From Octopus bimaculoides (taxonomy: Eukaryota): DNA of 64,000 bases. Within the stretch, counting starts at the first letter, position 1. Each line of letters begins with the position of its first letter. The notes beneath the pieces are model-generated. The model saw only the letters and a list, made by a program, of their open reading frames with translations. It did not search any database and was not told the origin of the DNA. Positions 11,898 through 24,389 of this stretch are shown here, in pieces. Location of the stretch: contig NC_068987.1 in assembly GCF_001194135.2 (NCBI RefSeq), forward strand, positions 19,541,656-19,605,655, written 5' to 3'. The position numbers were made by a program, and so were the translations under genes.

Positions 11898-13165
11898 ATG
11901 TAGAGTGTAGTAGTTTACTAAGCCAGTTCGTTAGCCTGTTACTCTGAGCTTTCTGTGGTGTGTATCCATTTCTTCAGACAATTTGAACTGGGTTCAGTCT
12001 GAATTGCCTGAAGAAGTAGCTGCAGGCTGTGGAAACTTCAGAGTAACAAGTTATTGACCAGTTGAACAAACGATTAAAAGAGGCAGTTTTAAACCATAGA
12101 ACAAAAGGTAGGCTTAAACAGGCTGGTATGAAAAAGGTTAAGTCTACAGAGCTGTAGTACAATCAAATTATTTTTTGAGTTAGTTTTATCCTCAGATATT
12201 TTCATAATTGCCAGCACCACAAGTTCAACCTTGGTATGGCATACCATCTTTTCTATTGTATGAAATGGAAGTTTAAGAATGATTATCCAATTATCTGAGA
12301 ATAAAGAACCATTCTTAATGAATAAAGTATTTGGAATGCAACCATACTGGGCCACAGGCTCCAAGAGTTTAGTTAAATGTATTGATTTTACCTGTTATTT
12401 ATTTTACTGATTTCATAAAAGTGAATTGGTCATAAATGCTTGCTTAGGTCAGATGTTCTGTGGCCAGCTTTCCACTCCTGTCACCAATCCTCACCTGTGT
12501 CCAAGCAAGGTAATACATCCTAATAGCCAGACACGTTAGTGCCATTCATTTTCAAATCTCATGTCAAGACAAGGAGACAGACAGACATTATATATATATA
12601 TATAAAATACAGGATTCTTTCAGTTTCCATTTACCAAATCCATTCATAAGGTTTTGGCTGGCCTGGGCTAAAATAGATGTGCATCCAAGGTGCCATGCAG
12701 TGGGACTGAACCCAAAAGTATGGAGTTGGGAAGCTATCTTCTTAACGACACAGGCAGGTTTGCACCTAAATATATATTTTTTTCACATAGTCCTTCTATA
12801 ATCTAACACACAAATGGCAGATTTCCACATTGCTTCTGCCCAGCAAATTTGACCCACAAAGTAATGGTTGACCCAGAATATATCTGAAGACACTTACCCA
12901 AAGTGCCACACAGAGGTATTAAACCTGGAACCATGAGGTTCTAAGCAAACTTCTTTGCCACACATTAAATAAAGATGTCTGCTTAAATTAAGGGTATGAC
13001 CAAACTAGGCAGGGTCTGGTTTAGTGTAGTTTATATTCACTTGAAGGAGAAATTGAAGACAACATGGGTGGTGAGAAATGAGGGCGATAATGAAGATGTG
13101 ATGATGAGGGAATATATATAAAAAAAAAAATTTAAAAAACTGATGTTGGCTGGCCTGGTACTTAC

Positions 13166-13254
13166 ACTTTCCACATGACATCCCGCAAAAGAGCTGCGGT
13201 CGGAATTAATAATAAGCCTGCCCAGAATATTAAACACCCAAATACATGGCTATC
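13166..13254 (-). CDS. ATP8A1: ATP8A exon: DSHVFGCLIFWAGLLLIPTAALLRDVMWK(V) (TM10)
   Basis: 89 nt, tacag acceptor and GTAAGT donor. Similar to FW.GLLFIPVASLLLDVVYKV. Ends phase 2. Confidence 0.93.
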
Positions 13255-14038
13255 CTGTAAAATAAAAAAACATGAATAAGAAATAAAATATTGCATAAAG
13301 AAGAAAACTGATTTAGAGACAAATTATTCATACATGTTATTCTCTAGCCTGGGCCATGGATCATTTGGCACTGAGCCGCACAGAGAAAATAAATTTTAAA
13401 ATTTTACTTGTTTTATTGACTATTGCAGTTTGCAGCAGGTTTTAGCATTATCATTACTATCATGAGTTTCTTTTGCCAAACTGCTAAGTCACAGACTAAT
13501 TTACATCTATCACATGATACTGAAACAAGGAGACACATGCACATTTATGCAAAAAGGGGATTCTTTAAGTTTCCACTCATTAAATCCATTCACAAGGTTG
13601 GTACTTGCTCAAGTGGTCTGCTGTGGGATTGAACTGAAATCATGTAATTGGAAAGCAAACTCCTTAACCACAAAGCCACAATCACTCTTGCCAACACAGA
13701 CACATACATGCACATTATATATATATATATATATCCCTCTCTCTCTTTCGGAGAGGCACAAGCACATACACACACGGCAGTAACTTCTGCCTACCAAATT
13801 CAATCACACAGCTTCGGTCGGCCCGGGGCTATAGCAGAAGACACTTGCCCAGGGTGCCACGCAGTGGGAATATATATANNNNNNNNNNNNNNNNNNNNNN
13901 NNNNNNNNNNNNNNNNNNNNNNNNNNNNNNNNNNNNNNNNNNNNNNNNNNNNNNNNNNNNNNNNNNNNNNNNNNNNNNNNNNNNNNNNNNNNNNNNNNNN
14001 NNNNNNNNNNNNNNNNNNNNNNNNNNNNNNNNNNNNNN

Positions 14039-14107
<69 letters not shown>

Positions 14108-14229
14108 CAATGTCAAAATAAAAAGGGAGGATATTAAACAAAACAATTGAATGTGTGAGTGTGTGTATGCAAAATTATGTTTAGTAATAGTACAGAAATT
14201 GATGCAGGAGTAATATGAGGTCAACATAC

Positions 14230-14337
14230 CATGCCCACCATCTCTGGTGCAAGATTGATGACAGGCCACACATGGCTATAAATAATTAGAAACATGAACC
14301 AACTGACAATGCTGCCCCATATTGCAAGGTGTGTCAA
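14230..14337 (-). CDS. ATP8A1: ATP8A exon: LTHLAIWGSIVSWFMFLIIYSHVWPVINLAPEMVGM (TM9)
   Basis: 108 nt, ttgcag acceptor and GTATGT donor. H.AIWGSI motif. Confidence 0.95.
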
Positions 14338-15225
14338 CTGCAAAGAAGAAAGGACAATCATAACAAAGGCGTTCAACAAGTAATTCAGCAAAAGTTGTCA
14401 CTAAATGGATTACAATAAACCAAGCAAAACACTGAAACAAAATATTTTCTAAAATCATTATAAATATTTAATTATAAAAATACTTTTTTGTTGGAGAGTG
14501 TGTGTGTGAATTTTCATGGCTTAGTAGGAGGATGGGGTGTAAGGGTAGTCCCTTTGGAGTCTGCCACGGCATCTTGCTAGGGATGGTCATATGGACAGGT
14601 GTCACTGGTCTTCATTCAATTACTAATTGCTCAATTGAGGGCTTCTAGCCTCATTCCCCAGTAGGTGAAAAACTCTGGATAAGGCTTTCCAAGAAGTCAC
14701 TAGGTAGGGTGGAGGAACCTGCTCAGGTCAATGGCCTAATGTTCAGACTCAAGGCATGTCTCAGGTACAGGCAAATGGGTGTGGCTAACAGCTTGGAGAC
14801 GAATGAACACTGGCAAGCTTACTTGCCCATGATATATTCATGATGATGATGACAACCAAACTAGAACCCACACTGGATTGGTCATTGCCTGGGTTAATAT
14901 CAAAGAGTGGACAGGCCTCAAGTTCAATGAGTCACGGAAAGGAGAAGACAAAAAAAAAAAAAAAATGAAATCTTGCTGCGGTGTTGTCAACAAATGCCCC
15001 AATGGCCACATGGTCAAGGGATAGGAAGAAAGGAAGTTAGAAGATGAAAGAATAGCACCAATAATGTTTTCGTAAAGCCATCAACACTGATGTTGAAGAA
15101 AGGTAAAAAATAAATCACAACTCATGGGTTATGCTAAAACTAGAGACCTGGTTCTAATGCATGCAATCATGCAATAATAGGGTGGATTCTGCTAAAGAAA
15201 TCCAAGAACCAGATGGTAGTGTTAA

Positions 15226-15427
15226 CTCTTTTGATACGAACCTGCCTGAGAACATCTTTGGCCTCGTGATTTAAAGTGCTTTGAAGTGATCTAAATTAAA
15301 ACCTTCCATCAAAATTTCATGTTTGTTTATTTTCCAAATACCAGCTTGATAATGGAGAAATTATTTTACTAAATTCATCATTATTTTCAAAATTAACTGG
15401 AACAACAGAAATATGGTAACGAAAGTG
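15226..15427. mobile_element. TTAA-flanked MITE family B
   Basis: TTAA|CTCTTTTGATACG ... GGTAACGAAAGTG|TTAA. Inverted homologues at 51417-51627 and about 21145-21400. Confidence 0.65.
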
Positions 15428-16144
15428 TTAAACAGATGAACTAGTCTGTTACCCAAGAATGGGAGCAGGTCACTCAATGAGTTTTCTGTATGGTTTTTAT
15501 CTAATCATTTCACTTTATTTTCATCTACGTTCAAAAATTCCATCCACTTTTATTAACCCCCAGAAACTGACTACATGTGTCCAATTATACACTTCAGCCA
15601 TCTTCTTTTGTCTATATTACTTTTAAATAATACATTTGTCCACAATATTTCAACAATAGCTAATTTTTTGACTTTGAGCTCTTGTGTAACATTTCATTAA
15701 ACCAAAAGATACTTTTATAGTCTAGCACCTAACATATCCCATAAGTACTTACCTGGCTTTGCCCTTTCAATTACATTTTAAATTTGCAACATATTTATCT
15801 TTTATATTGACTGCTTGAGCACCTCAACACAAGCATTCACTCTGCAAGTAATAGTAGTCACCTGATCTGAAGATAAAACAACTATGGAGAACCCACTGTA
15901 GCATTTTTTTATACTTCTACCACCTTAAGTTGGCCAGTGGAAGAATTTCTACATGGCTGCTTGACATGCAAAAAATAGCAGCCAAGTCTCCCTCTGATAA
16001 CATCACTTATAACCCAAAAACACTGGATGGTTATGGCTGGAGTACTTTTCATTAGAGTTGACTATGAGGTTAGGCAATAACTAATTCATGGTATCAAAAA
16101 TTACATTGACCAGATAAAAAAAAAAAAAAAAAGATCCAACTTAC

Positions 16145-16201
16145 CCAAGTCCACGCACTTGTTTCCAAACCTGCTTTTAGACATACTGTAACAACAACAT
16201 A
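16145..16201 (-). CDS. ATP8A1: ATP8A exon: YVVVTVCLKAGLETSAWTW (TM8)
   Basis: 57 nt, ttcag acceptor and GTAAGT donor. TVCLKAGLETS.WTW motif. Confidence 0.96.
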
Positions 16202-16427
16202 CTGAAATAAAGAAAAGAAACAACAAAAAAATTATAAATATGAAGTAATAAAAAATAAAAGCAAATAAAAAACTGAAAAATATATATATTGATAAAGATA
16301 TTGCTAAAAAAAAAAATTTTTGGAAATAACAATGTTTTAGCTTATTCTCCAGTGATTATTGTTGATACCAGAACAGGCATTTTCACCATTGTTAAATAAT
16401 GATTTTGTTGAACAAGCCAAAAGCTTT

Positions 16428-16560
16428 AAGGGCATCCAGCTGTAGAAACTCTGCCAAATCAGATTGGAGCCTGGTGTAGCCATCTGGTTCACCAGTCCTC
16501 AGTCAAATCGTCCAACCCATGCTAGCATGGAAAGCGGACGTTAAACGATGATGATGATGA
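16428..16560 (+). mobile_element. SINE family 3, 3' part with RTE-like (GAT)n tail
   Basis: AAGGGCATCCAGCTGTAGAAAC...GGAAAGCGGACGTTAAACGATGATGATGATGA. Three mismatches in about 130 nt against the inverted copy at 22982-23112. Confidence 0.85.
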
Positions 16561-16871
16561 CGTTTAGCTATATTTGGCCTAATTAGATTACACAACGGAC
16601 ATGACTATTTTGTTGTTTTTATCCATGCCTGCATACAAGAGGTTTGCCACCATAAAAGCACCCAGTACACTCTGTAAAGTGGTTGGTATTAAGAAGGGCA
16701 TCTAGCCATAGAAACCATGCCAGGCAGACACTGGAGCATGATGCAGTCTTCAAACCTGTTGGATCTTGTCAAACCGTCCAACTTATGCCAGCATGAAACA
16801 TGATTGTTAAATGATGGTGATTATGATATAGGTATCTTCATATGATGTGTAATTAGTTCTGGTTTACTTAC

Positions 16872-16933
16872 CGTATATACAAAGTTTCCAAGGAGAAGAT
16901 AGTTACCAACTTCTCCATTTGAATAAAGAATAT
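16872..16933 (-). CDS. ATP8A1: ATP8A exon: (D)ILYSNGEVGNYLLLGNFVYT
   Basis: 62 nt, ttcag acceptor and GTAAGT donor. YLLLGNFVYT is identical to the ATP8A1 sequence as I recall it. Confidence 0.95.
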
Positions 16934-17207
16934 CTGAAATAAAAGAAACAGTCAGTATTAATTTTAGATTAAAAATTAACAAAACAATCAAATTTTACAT
17001 AAGACATTCTTTTATTTGTGTCAGTCATTTGACTGCGGCCATGCTGGAGCACAACCTTTAGTCGAACAAATCGCAAAGTGATTTTCTTAAATATTTTGCC
17101 AAACGGGGAACTGGAACAAGATCTTAAAAATAGAGAATGGACAATCACAGACTAGTCAGTGTTTCAGCATTATCATTTTCCAATTATAGAGTTGGATAAT
17201 TACTTAC

Positions 17208-17286
17208 CATGTTTAAGAGCAAGAACTGTTAACCAAAACAGCAAAATAGAATGATAAATAGAGTTGATGAGCCACATCCAGAATAC
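17208..17286 (-). CDS. ATP8A1: ATP8A exon: VFWMWLINSIYHSILLFWLTVLALKH(D) (TM7)
   Basis: 79 nt, ttcag acceptor and GTAAGT donor. Ends phase 1. Confidence 0.94.
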
Positions 17287-17349
17287 CTGAAACAAAAGGA
17301 AGTGGATTGAAATAATGTGATTGATAAAACTGTAGCAGGGTGGGAATAC

Positions 17350-17570
17350 TCTCTCTTTTACTCTTTTACTTGTTTCAGTCATTTGACTGCAGCCATGCTG
17401 GAGCACTGCCTTTTAGTCGAACAAATCGACCTCAGGACTTATTCTTTGTAAGCCTAGTACTTATTCTATCGGTCTCTTTTTGCTGAACCGCTAAGTTACG
17501 GGGACGTAAACACACCACCATCGGTTGTCAAGCGATGGTGGGGGGACAAACACAGACACACACATATATA
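17350..17570. mobile_element. Interspersed repeat (SINE-like)
   Basis: CTCTTTTACTTGTTTCAGTCATTTGACTGCAGCCATGCTGGAGCAC... Partial copies at about 9700-9755 and 17010-17075. Confidence 0.7.
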
Positions 17571-18002
17571 TGTCTTCGAAACGTCTAGATAGAATAGAGA
17601 CAGNNNNNNNNNNNNNNNNNNNNNNNNNNNNNNNNNNNNNNNNNNNNNNNNNNNNNNNNNNNNNNNNNNNNNNNNNNNNNNNNNNNNNNNNNNNNNNNNN
17701 NNNNNNNNNNNNNNNNNNNNNNNNNNNNNNNNNNNNNNNNNNNNNNNNNNNNNNNNNNNNNNNNNNNNNNNNNNNNNNNNNNNNNNNNNNNNNNNNNNNN
17801 NNNNNNNNNNNNNNNNNNNNNNNNNNNNNNNNNNNNNNNNNNNNNNNNNNNNNNNNNNNNNNNNNNNNNNNNNNNNNNNNNNNNNNNNNNNNNNNNNNNN
17901 NNNNNNNNNNNNNNNNNNNNNNNNNNNNNNNNNNNNNNNNNNNNNNNNNNNNNNNNNNNNNNNNNNNNNNNNNNNNNNNNNNNNNNNNNNNNNNNNNNAC
18001 AC

Positions 18003-18178
18003 ACACATATATACGATGGGCTTCTTTCAGTTTCCGTCTACCAAATCCACTCACAAGGCTTTGGTCGGCCCGAGGCTATAGCAGAAGACACTTGCCCAAG
18101 GTGTCACGCAGTGGGACTGAACCCGGAACCATGTGGTTGGTAAGCAAGCTACTTACCACACAGCCACTCCTGCGCCTG
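18003..18178 (-). mobile_element. tRNA-derived SINE family 2
   Basis: Head GGCGCAGGAGTGGCTGTGTGGTAAG, B-box GGTTCAGTCCC, body ACCTTGGGCAAGTGTCTTC. Other copies at about 12600-12760, 13735-13868, 31170-31340, 56600-56770, 57305-57515 and 60440-60560. Confidence 0.85.
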
Positions 18179-18553
18179 TATAATAAATAATAATAATAAA
18201 CTAAAAATTAATAAATTCCTATTGTTGTTTCTTAGGTTCACGTCCCAGATCTAGAACAATCCTCTGATTGAAGACATTCAACTGCAGAGTAATATTCCTA
18301 CTAAATTATGCACCCATGTGTGTATTTTAACACTGGTACCCAAAGGGGAAAAAAAAATGTATACCTACAAGGTTTTCAAAATGTAATCAAATTTTTAAAA
18401 ATAAATCTTAATAATACGTTATTAAGAAAGCTGTGCATTTACTTAGGGTGGTCAAGATGGAAATTATGTGATGGCTACTTGCAAAGAGAGATAAAATCTG
18501 CACACCATGTAAATTTCTATACACAGCCACAATAAAAAGTTTGCAGGAACATT

Positions 18554-18773
18554 ATTCTTTTCTACTCTAGGCACAAGGCCCGAAATTTTTGGGGAGGGGG
18601 CCAGTCGATTAGATTGACCCCTGTATGCAACTGGTACTTAATTTATCCACCCCAAAAGGATGAAAGGCAAAGTCAACCTCGGCAAAATTTTGAACTCAGA
18701 ATGTAAAAATAGATGAAATACCACTAAGCACTTTGCTTGGTGTGCTAACGTTTCTACCAGCTCACCGCCTTAA
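18554..18773 (-). mobile_element. tRNA-derived SINE family 1, full copy with TSD
   Basis: Head AAGGCGGTGAGCTGGTAGAAACG, B-box GTTCAAAAT, central GCCTTTCATCCTTT..GATAAATTAAGTACCAG, tail AGTAGAAAAGAAT. 14-bp TSD TTTGCAGGAACATT at 18540-18553 and 18774-18787. Confidence 0.9.
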
Positions 18774-19061
18774 TTTGCAGGAACATTGTCACAGAACTCC
18801 CAATAGAAAAGACCAGGTACATATAGAAGGAGAATGTAATGCAACAGAAGCATGAAAATCCAACAATCCCGAATATCTAAAAGCTCAAATGTGCTATCAC
18901 AGATTTATTGTTCCTCAAATATGTCTTAAGAAGTTTGGCATGAGATACAAACAGAGGGTGATAGATGGTGGCCTAGTGTATTTCAGGTATATTCTTAGGT
19001 GCTTAACCAGATGAACAACAACAACAAGAAGGGTGAAGATGGTATCAACGCAAACACTTAC

Positions 19062-19184
19062 CTTGATGTTAAAAAGTTCTCCACTCTGCGAAGTTTTATA
19101 CAATGCTGGAAACCGAAGCATGCTTTCTTCATTGCATGTTCGGTCAAACAAACCTAAGACAAGGGGTGGAGATGCAGTAAATAT
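19062..19184 (-). CDS. ATP8A1: ATP8A exon: [41 protein letters not shown]
   Basis: 123 nt, ttcag acceptor and GTAAGT donor. Similar to MFTAMPPLTLGIFERSC...PELYKTSQ. Confidence 0.95.
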
Positions 19185-20482
19185 CTGAAAGAATAGAGCA
19201 GGGCCAGATTAGAACAAGCTCCATGTAAAGATAGGGAAGAGTGATTGGGGGAGGGAGCTTACATATCTTAGAGTTGATATGAATGTCACATTTAGACTAT
19301 AACTTGTCCTGAAGTAGAGAAACTACATGATAGATGAAACCGAGACCAGATTACAATACAACAGTTGAGTCCATAACAAGTTAACTTAATAATCCCTTGG
19401 CTGTTGGTGATGGGTGGTTCATTAAATTTCAACTGAAGATTTAGAATTCATGTAGTAAATCAAGACAAGTTATACTGGTGAGGTGTGCTGTTGTTAATTT
19501 CTCCAGACCCATGGGAAGATTTGTGCTTAGCACTATAAGTTAACAACATATTTGCTTTCACTACCTACTGTAGTGAACAGCACCACCTCACCAGATCTAT
19601 TTGGATTTCGGTAGATCAAGACATTGAAACTAAGTATGTATGACATGATTTAAAACACAAATACTTCAGTGTGTACGTTGGTATCAGATCACTTTGGAAT
19701 GTTGTGACACTACAATCGAGATACGAGGAGTAGTTGATGAGGTTTCAAAACAATTAAGTTACTTACACCATCATCAGAACTCATGATCTTTGCAGAACTT
19801 CCAAGACAGGTGGTGGGGAAGGGATGAAAAAAGACAACACCCCTGGTTTGCTGTTAATCACTATTCAAAAAAGGCAAAGATCTCCTTCGATCATGCATGA
19901 CCATGGGATTGCACCTAGAAAGTTACCTTCCAAGGCACAAATCTGGGCAAGGTTGTTTTATGGAAGACCAGCAGTCACCCAAGTATACCAGATTCACCTC
20001 TCCTCACCAGTGATGTTATCCAAGAGAAAGGCAACTGAGTGAACTGGAGCAACATAAAATAAAGTGTCTTGCTCAAGAACACAACACACAGCCTAGTTCA
20101 GGAATCAAACTCACTACCTCATGCGTCATGCCCCAGCATGGCCACAACCTACTGGGTGGAGCTAGTACAAGATAAGATTATTAAACTACTGTCAATGTTA
20201 ACAGTGTTTTGTTTTTATAATATAATGTATGATAGAATAAACCCACATATTTCAGTGAATACTGCAAATGTAAATTGATAAAATTTAATTAAATACAGCC
20301 CATCATTAGCAACTGATTATACAACATAACTGTATACAGGAAATAAAGAACCAACTGGACTAGTTTCAGTCAGTACTGAGATCTCACCAGTAACCAACAA
20401 CCCTTCTCTAACTGCCCATAGTGATATTCTATAACTACCATTGTTAAAGGATTTATTAAAACAGATACACCAATTTGCATAA

Positions 20483-20752
20483 ATGGCTATAAGTACAGTT
20501 TTACTATGAATAGTTAGAGAAGGGTGCTCAGTTGCTGATGATATCTCAGTAAAGATTGAAACAGGTCTTGCTATCTCCACTTTACAGAGATACATGTTAA
20601 CACAAGTAAAAGGCTTTAAAAGATGTAACAGAGAGGTAACAGCAGAGAAGGAGAGAAAGAGAACAGACAAGCTGCAAAGGAGAAGAACATTTGAGAAATT
20701 CTACAAAAGGAATGGGATTAAAGCAAGTGTTAGCAATAGGAAACCAAATTAG
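20483..20752 (+). mobile_element. Possible degenerate pogo/Tigger CENP-B-type HTH fragment
   Basis: An open frame of about 80 codons, ...AISTLQ...AEKE...TFEKFYKRNGIK..., weakly resembles the W(F/L)EKFKKR(N/H)GI end of the HTH_Tnp_Tc5 domain. Similarity judged by eye only. Confidence 0.3.
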
Positions 20753-21559
20753 CTGTCAAAAGTCTTTGACAATTAATAAGAAGCCATGCTAGTAATTTCA
20801 ACAGAATTAATTTAGTTTGTCATTTAAAGAACAACCAGTTAACAATAGGCAAACAAGTAAACATTGAGTTAAGTTAAATTCTTCAAATATCAGGAACCTT
20901 CAGCTGGACCTTTCTCAAGAAATGGAAATTCTATTCTCTATGCTAACCACTAGAAAATCTTTAATATTTACTCAGTAATCCCACCCTTCACCACTTTTGC
21001 AATCTCTATGAAATATTTGCTTAACTGATGAGGCCATAATAAAACTGAAACATTTCCAAAGTTACCTCTCATACTTTATGAAATATTTACAAATAATATT
21101 AGTCACTGACTATTTTTCTATCCTCAACACAAATGCTTATAGTTAACTTTTTAGTACTTTATTTACTAATTCTTTCATTACCATATTTGTTTAAATATAC
21201 TGCCTTTATTTCATTTAATTTTGAAAATAACAAAGAACTTATTTAAATAACTTTGTTGTTATTATACTGGTGTTTGGAAAATAAATTATCAAAATTTTGA
21301 TGGAAGGTTTTAATTTTAATCACATTAAAACAAGAAAGTCTGTATCATAGAACCAAGGGCAGTTTCAGGCAGAATGGTCTCAAATTAATTTAAAAAAAGT
21401 TAACACTGAATTAATTATATTTTTTAATTTTAAAAATGGTATCTCTAAGATATTAGGTAACAGATCTGAACATCAACAGTACAATCCTTGCCATAGGTCA
21501 GATTGTTAGAAAAAATACACAAACCATTTTTTGCAAAATTAAAATTTTGTTTGTGAATT

Positions 21560-21962
21560 CTTTAGGATACTACCAGTTTATGTCGGCACTCTGTCGCTTA
21601 CGACGTCGAGGGTTCCAGTTGATCCGATCAACGGAACAGCCTGCTCGTGAAATTAACGTGCAAGTGGCTGAGCACTCCACAGACACGTGTACCCTTAACG
21701 TAGTTCTCGGGGATATTCAGCGTGACACAGTGTGACAAGGCTGACCCTTTTAATTACAGGCACAACAGAAACAGGAAGTAAGAGTGAGAGAAAGATGTGG
21801 TGAAAGAATACAGCAGGGTTCGCCACCATCTCCTGCCGGAGCCTTGTGGAGCTCTAGGTGTTTTCGCTCAATAAACACTCACAACGCCTGGTCTGGGAAT
21901 CAAAACCGCGATCCTATGACCGCAAGTCCGCTGCCCTAACCACTGGGCCATTGCACCTCCAC
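21560..21962 (-). mobile_element. tRNA-derived SINE family 4 (long)
   Basis: tRNA head GTGGAGGTGCAATGGCCCAGTGGTTAGGGCAGCGG..., body with GTTGATCCGATCAACGGAACAGCC. Related pieces at 38690-38900 and 62790-63090. Confidence 0.8.
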
Positions 21963-22094
21963 TTTATAAACAAATACCTTAGGGCATTTTATACACCTCT
22001 CTAACGACTCAGCCAACTTCTCCATCAAGAGTTAACTACTACCAGTTTGCATCATCAACATTCTCCAGCAGCTCATAGTCAAGCTTCTTTCCTA

Positions 22095-22134
<40 letters not shown>

Positions 22135-22981
22135 TGCATGCCCCTTTTAATGCCTCCATTTCATTCTCAGTCCCTTCACTGCCACCTTACAGGTATTTAG
22201 ATGAAAGAGTAGGTAGTTTTGAAGGTCCAGCATACGAACAGGTCCTGTAATCCACTGTGAAGACTCATCTCATCATTCATGCAATACAAAACAGTATTAA
22301 GTGTATACAACAACAACAACCATTACAACAAAAACAACAACAATTAAAATGACAAAGACGATAATGATGATGATGAATACAAATTAAAATGTCTTTAAGT
22401 CTGGCAAAAGAACATTGAGAGATTGTGATTTCTGCTTATGTCTCAAGAGGATTTAGCAAAGTAAAATTAATTGTAATTGAATTAACATGAGGCAGCCATA
22501 TTATCTCTCTCTGATTAAAAACAGCCCCCCCCCCATCTAAAATGAAACAGCAATGTGTCTATTACATGATCATCACAATCATCATCATTATCATCATCCT
22601 CATTATTTTTCAGTTTGTCAGAAGTAACAGATAAGCAGCTATTATGGAATTATGCTGTGTTCATCCACGGAAAAAATACAACAGCCACAACTATTATCAC
22701 TACAAGAATTCATTGACCACAATTTACCTAGCATGGAGGGAAAAGAAACCCCCAAAATATAGATACAAAGATATTAATCCCAAATATTAGGAAAAAAATT
22801 AAAACCATAGAGTCTAATGCTAGTTCACATTTCATTTAATTACATAATTAATTAGAGGAAATATCTGATATTATTCTAATCAAAATGTTACGATGTAAAA
22901 AAACCCTAAAAAACTGAATGTTAAATGAGTAAATCAAATGAAAAAATTTGTTATTTCTCTAAATATACACTCTATATTTGA

Positions 22982-23225
22982 ATCATCATCATCGTTTAAC
23001 GTCCGCTTTCCATGCTAGCATGGGTTGGACGATTTGACTGAGGACTGGTGAACCAGAAGGCTGCACCAAGCTCCAATCTGATTTGGCAGAGTTTCTACAG
23101 CTGGATGCCCTTCCTAACGCCAACCAGTCCGAGAGTGTAGTGGGTGCTTTTACGTGCCACCAGCACGAAGGCCAGTCAGGCGGTACTGGAAACGGCCATG
23201 CTCAAAATGGTGTATTTTACATGCC
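22982..23225 (-). mobile_element. SINE family 3
   Basis: Reverse complement of the 16428 copy, extended by the GTGCCACC-type repeat units. Further copies at about 8300-8620, 16655-16830, 24975-25170, 38965-39110, 44690-45200 and 63826-64000. Confidence 0.85.
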
Positions 23226-24314
23226 ATCCAAGCTACAGCAAAGAAGGTAAGTCATTGGATTTTGTCAAGAGATGGTGAATAATGGTTAGAAGAATACCAA
23301 GTGAAGCCTTGTAGCCAGTTGATCTAGCAAGTGGAGTCTCATCTTAGTGAGGGGGACTGCTATGCAATCATACCATTGAAAAGGAGGCTCTCAAAACTGT
23401 GCATTCTCTGCTAGTGTCTGGTACATGAGCTTTCAACTGGTAGCACTTGTATCTAGTTGTTGTTTGTAAATAATAGATATTTTGCACAGTTAACTATTAT
23501 AGCTGCCAATATCCATAAGACATAGGCACTGCTAATTTATCTTTATACATGAGTGAACATATTTCTATACATATGTGGTCAGTATTTGAATGTATTTTGT
23601 ACTGCCAATTATTTTAGCCACATATATTAAAAAAAAAAAATCACCTTGTTATGCACGTGTGTGTGTGTGTTCTACAGTATAGTATATAGTCAAAATGTTT
23701 CTTTTCTTTGCATACAATTCACTGTGTAGAATTTTTGAACCTCACATGTCCAATTGTCTGCCTCTTATTCTCATCATTCCATTTGTGTTATTTTTACTTA
23801 TATATACAGATATTCATACATGTATGTGCAAATATATCGATTTACATATATTATCAGTTTGAATATAGACTATACTACTAATTATAGCAACCAATATCTC
23901 TAAGCTATGTCTACTTAGTAATCAAATATTAGAACTTGATACGTTCAACAATTTCTGAGGCATCAGGATGGATGAACTCTCAAGAAAATTGAAGGAACAA
24001 ACTAGATAAAGGCAGTGGTAACTAATTAGTGAAGGACTGGACAAGTCATATGATGTTGGAACAATGGTAAGTCTGGGGCACAATAAATTTAAAAAAAAAA
24101 AAAAAATCACTTTTGTTCCCACCTTCCCTTTCAAAAATCTAAAATCTAGTATGGACCTATAAATGCAACTGAAGTACAACACACATGCATTGAAACTATT
24201 AACATATTAATTACAACAACAATGCAAAAATACAAAAAAAAAAAAACATAAAAAATAACAAAAAATGCATCTGCAAGTGCAACATGAAGACATCTTCAGA
24301 AATGAGTCACCTAC

Positions 24315-24389
24315 CACATTATACAAACCAATACTCCAGCGCTCGAACACAACCTGTCCGGAAAAGCCATTTACCATGGCAAACCAGAA
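24315..24389 (-). CDS. ATP8A1: ATP8A exon: [25 protein letters not shown] (TM6)
   Basis: 75 nt, ccag acceptor and GTAGGT donor. NGFSGQ..FERW.IGLYNV motif. Confidence 0.96.

Noticed and set aside
17571-17603. TCTTCGAAACGTCTAGA, resembling the 3' half of a minimal hammerhead (GAA-ACGU-C)
   Set aside because: No CTGANGA half is present upstream and the sequence runs into a gap, so it is too incomplete to call.
21025-21051. CTGATGAGGCC...GAAAC, hammerhead-like core
   Set aside because: Stem II cannot form (GGCC vs AACT) and there is no valid stem III or cleavage triplet. At best a dead remnant.
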